Source: Eledone cirrhosa
Taxonomy: Eukaryota
DNA: 64,000 bases
Assembly (NCBI GenBank): GCA_964016885.1
Contig: OZ024740.1
Coordinates: 62,124,001 to 62,188,000 of the forward strand
Reading direction: 5' to 3'
Shown: positions 60,321 through 64,000 of the stretch, in pieces
Layout: each line of letters opens with the position of its first letter
Position numbering within the stretch: the stretch's first letter is position 1
Translations under genes and position numbers: made by a program
Notes under the pieces: model-generated
What the model saw: only the letters and a program-made list of their open reading frames with translations
Database searches by the model: none
What the model was told of the DNA's origin: nothing

Positions 60321-63300
60321 TGTCAATGCTTATTAATGGTCAGACCTCGTCGTCCCCTACGAAGTGTAATGTAAATGTCATTTTTCTTATCTCTCTCCAG
60401 CCTATCGGTCCATTCATTCATATATTCGTATCATCGCCCAGAATCCAATCTTTTGCTCTCTCTCAATGCTATTCTATAATTCTGTCTGGTTGTTTCTAAA
60501 TAATCTTCTTGTTTTTTAAAACCCCATTATTCGCTTATTATTACTGTTATATGCTTGTCCAATTATGCCCAAAATTCGAAGATTTCATTTAAACACTCTC
60601 GCTAACTACCCCATACCCCTCCCTCCCGCCCCCACTCTCCACCATTATTATTAGGACCAATCATAAGTCAGCGGCCTATGCTATCACTTCTGGTTGCTTG
60701 CCGATATGATGGATGGACTATGGAATTCTGGAGAGTCTGAAAAATCTGGACACTCGGTGACAATGCCAAAGATAAAGACAAATTCACCACATGCTGCTGG
60801 ACGAAAAGACAAGGACTCCTCCTCTTTGTTTCGGCCGCGGATGGCCAACATAACCTCAACCAATTCCCCCTCACCCCGCCCCGCGCCCCACCGTTCCCAC
60901 CCACCAAACGCAATCCAAAACTTCAGAGTTGGTACCATGAATGTAGGCACCTTAAAAGGTCGCTCTAACGAGGTTGTAGAAATGCTTGAACGTAAGGAGG
61001 TTGATGTTTGCTGTATCCAAGAGACCAGGTGGAGGGGTGGGTCTGCTAGATTCATTGTGGGTAAAAAACGATGCCATAAACTTTTCGGAGGGGGGGGGGG
61101 TGACAATGGGCTGGGTGGGGTAGGAATCATGTTAGCAGAAAAATGGGTAGATAAGATAATAGACGTAAATAGAGTGAACGACAGAATAATTAAAATAAGA
61201 CTTGTCCTAAATAGAACTACTGTGACAGTACTATCTGCGTATGCACCCCAATCCGGACTGCCTGGCGCTATAAAAGACAGATTCTATGAGACATTGATGC
61301 TCACTACCTCCCAAATAACCGACAGTGACTACATAATTATTGCTGGCAACCTAAATGGTCACGTTGGACAACATTGTGACGGCTATGACGGAATCCATGG
61401 AGGCTATGGGTTTGGTACTAGAAATGAGGAAGGCTCCAGAATCCTGGAATTCTGTGACGCAAATAACCTAACTATCTGTAACACTATTGTCACCTTTTCT
61501 TGTGCGCCCTTGTGGCTAATAAAGAAATATATCTGTAAAACTAACTTCAAAATACGAGACAATCACTTGATCACCTATAGATCAGGGGAACACGCCAGTC
61601 AGATAGATTATATCCTTACCAGAAGACGTGATAGAGTGTCTGTTGTAAACACTAAATTCCTCCCCCATGAAGAATGCATCTCCCAACATAGACTCATAGT
61701 CAGCGACAAGACGTACTCGACAACAGAGGAGGACTATCCTCAGGAGAAAAATATGGAAGCTAAAGGACCCCACAGCCAGTAATAAATTTAAAAGCATATT
61801 ACTTGATGCTTTCAACAGTAAGGAAGAGCAATTAGAGTCGTACAATATAGAGGAACAGTGGGAATTCCTGAAAGCTAACCTGCTGAAGGCGGCAGATGAA
61901 GTCTGTGGCTGGAGCAGGCCTATAGGCAGGAGGAGAGTAACGTGGTGGTGGAACAGTAAGGTGGCGAAGTCAATTAAGGCCAAAAAGCAGGCTTGGAAAG
62001 TATGGCAGGATGGGGGAAGTAGAGAAGACTATCAAGTGACCAGGAGGGAAGCTAGGAGACAAGTGTACTTCGCAAGAAGGGAAGCAGAGGAACGAAAGTT
62101 CAAGCATGTTCTACAACGCGAGGACCAAAAATTTGAGGTGTTCAGTATTGCTAGGCAATGTGTCAAGGAAAACCGTGATATTGTCGGGGAGAAGTGTGTC
62201 CTTAATGATGATGGTGTACTTGTCATCACTGATGTTGATAAGAAGGTAGCTTGGAAGTGTCACTCCGAAAGGCTATTAAATGAGGAGAATAAATGGGAGA
62301 AAGACAGTCTCCCCCACATCGATCCAATAGAGGGACCAGCAGTGCTAGTTGAAGGTAGTATAATAAGTAAGGCAATCAAAGATATGAAGACGGGTAAAGC
62401 GGCTGGGCCTTCGGAAATAGTTGCTGAAATGCTGAATGCATCTGAAACGGTGGGACACACTATGGTCACCCGGATAGTAAACCAAGCCATACAGAATGGG
62501 GCCGTTCCGAAGGACTGGCGTAGCAGCATCATCATTAACTGCTACAAGGGTAAAGATGCTCTTGATAGGGGTAACTATAGAGGCATTAAATTAATTGACC
62601 AGGTCATGAAGGTCACAGAAAAAGTAATAGCGCAACTAATCAGAGAATGCAGTTCGGGTTTGTGTCGGGTAAAAGTACCACAGACGCTCTTTTCATTGTA
62701 CGACAACTACAGGAGTAGTACCTAGCTAAAAGTAAACCCCTATACTTAGCTTTTGTTGGCTTGGAGAAAGCCTTTGACAGAGTCCCCCCGCTCCATTATC
62801 TGGTGGGCGCTTAGAAAACTAGGTGTTGATGAATGGCTTGTGAGAGCTATACAAGCCATGTATAAAGAAACAGTCACCAAGGTTAGAATTAACAACGAAT
62901 ATAGTGAAGAGTTTAGCGTAAAAGTTGGTGTTCATCAGGGCTCCGTTCTTAGCCCCCTACTATTTATTATTGCCCTTCAGGCTATAACAGGAGTTCAAGA
63001 CCGGCTGCCCATGGGAACTCCTATATGCAGATGATCTAACGCTCATAGCTGAATCAATGGCTGAACTAGAGAAGAAATTCCAAACATGGAAGCATGGCCT
63101 AGAATCAAAAGGCCTTAAAGTTAACTTGTCTAAGACTAAAGTTCTAGTTTGTAGGAAGGAAAATAGGGTCCCATCTGGGAAATGGCCATGCTCAGTGTGT
63201 AGGCAGAAACTCCATTTTATGTCCCAAATGCAAAGTATGGGTGCATAAAAGATGTAGTGAGATCACAGGTAAGCTAACTAAGAATATAGATTTTATATGT

Positions 63301-64000
63301 GGCCGGTGCTCTGGTGCTATAAGTAGCAGCAAGTGCCCACAGAATACTAGCTCATTCCATTGCACAGATGGTTCTATAGAAATAGTGGACACCTTCCGTT
63401 ACCTGGGTGACAAAATCAGCAGTGGTGGAGGGTGCTCTGAAAGTACAGTAGCTAGAGTCAGAACGGGATGGAAAAAGTTCAGAGAGCTTATACCACTATT
63501 GGCCGCTAAAGGGTTCTCTCTAAAAATGAAAGGCAGGCTGTATGATGCCTGCATACGAACAGCAATGTTACATGGCAGTGAGACCTGGGCCTTGTGTGCA
63601 GAGGATCTGCGCAGACTGGAGAAAAACGAAGCTTGCATGCTCCGCTGGATGTGTAATAGTAATATACGTGAACAGCAAAGCATAAACGAACTAAGGGAGA
63701 AATTAGGAATAAGAGGGATCACATGTTGTTTACTCGAAAGAAGACTACGTTAGTATGATCACGTGATGCGCATGAAAGACGACGGCTGTATAAAAAAGTG
63801 CAGGCCGATAAAAATAGACGGTAGCCACGGAGTAGGCAGACCCAGAAAAACCTGGGACGACTTGATAAATTCCGACCTCACACACTTACACCTCTCCAAG
63901 ACAATGTCACTGGACCGAGATCTTTGGCGCTACACAGTCATACAGAAAACCCGCCTTGCCTAAGTACAAAGCGAAACCTACAGTCAGTAGGCACCTCTAA
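60321..64000 (+). mobile_element. Near full-length RTE-clade LINE (family B): 5'UTR, APE endonuclease, RT with PHD insert; disrupted, runs off window end
   Basis: ORF pieces 60694-61782 (GTMNVGTL, QETRW, SAYAPQ, SQIDYIL), 61961-62725, 62753-63034 (GVHQGSVLSPLLF), 63241-63753 (ERRLR) and 63763-63963. Several frameshifts and a TAG in the RLRWYGH motif. Begins after a (TA)n run. Confidence 0.93.
61487..61529 (+). mobile_element. 43-bp 3'-terminal Tx1-like insertion inside the RTE endonuclease
   Basis: ttgtcacc...gcccttgtggctaataaagaaata resembles the 55484-55523 terminus. 14-bp TSD tatctgtaa(c/a)acta at 61473-61486 and 61530-61543. Confidence 0.8.

Noticed and set aside
60335-60370. Possible HDV-like ribozyme at the RTE 5' end (gacctcgtcgtc)
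   Set aside because: Could not build P1, P2 or J4/2; loop length does not fit.

Overview
AT-rich eukaryotic genomic DNA. The repeat complement and (TA)n/(CA)n/(CAT)n density look like a coleoid cephalopod (Octopus-like); this is an inference. The only host coding sequence I can support is one 83-nt exon (60102-60184) carrying the start of AP-2 adaptor alpha ([21 protein letters not shown]). The rest is probably its very long 5'-UTR intron or intergenic DNA, plus the start of the next intron. It is filled with retroelements and DNA elements: three large RTE-clade LINEs whose RT carries an internal PHD finger, CR1-group and Tx1/L1-like LINE fragments, several tRNA-derived SINE families, TTAA-flanked piggyBac-like MITEs and a non-autonomous Helitron. 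The most unusual signals are: (i) three unrelated short elements in (TA)n tracts that fold into hammerhead-ribozyme structures with variant or partial cores, two of them as fold-back palindromes; (ii) Tx1-like insertions sharing a TATCTGTA target; (iii) a young chimeric SINE that captured the RTE 3' end, with covarying stem-loops; (iv) a C4HC3 PHD finger inside the RT domain. Coordinates were read by eye, and element edges are approximate unless a TSD or TIR is quoted.
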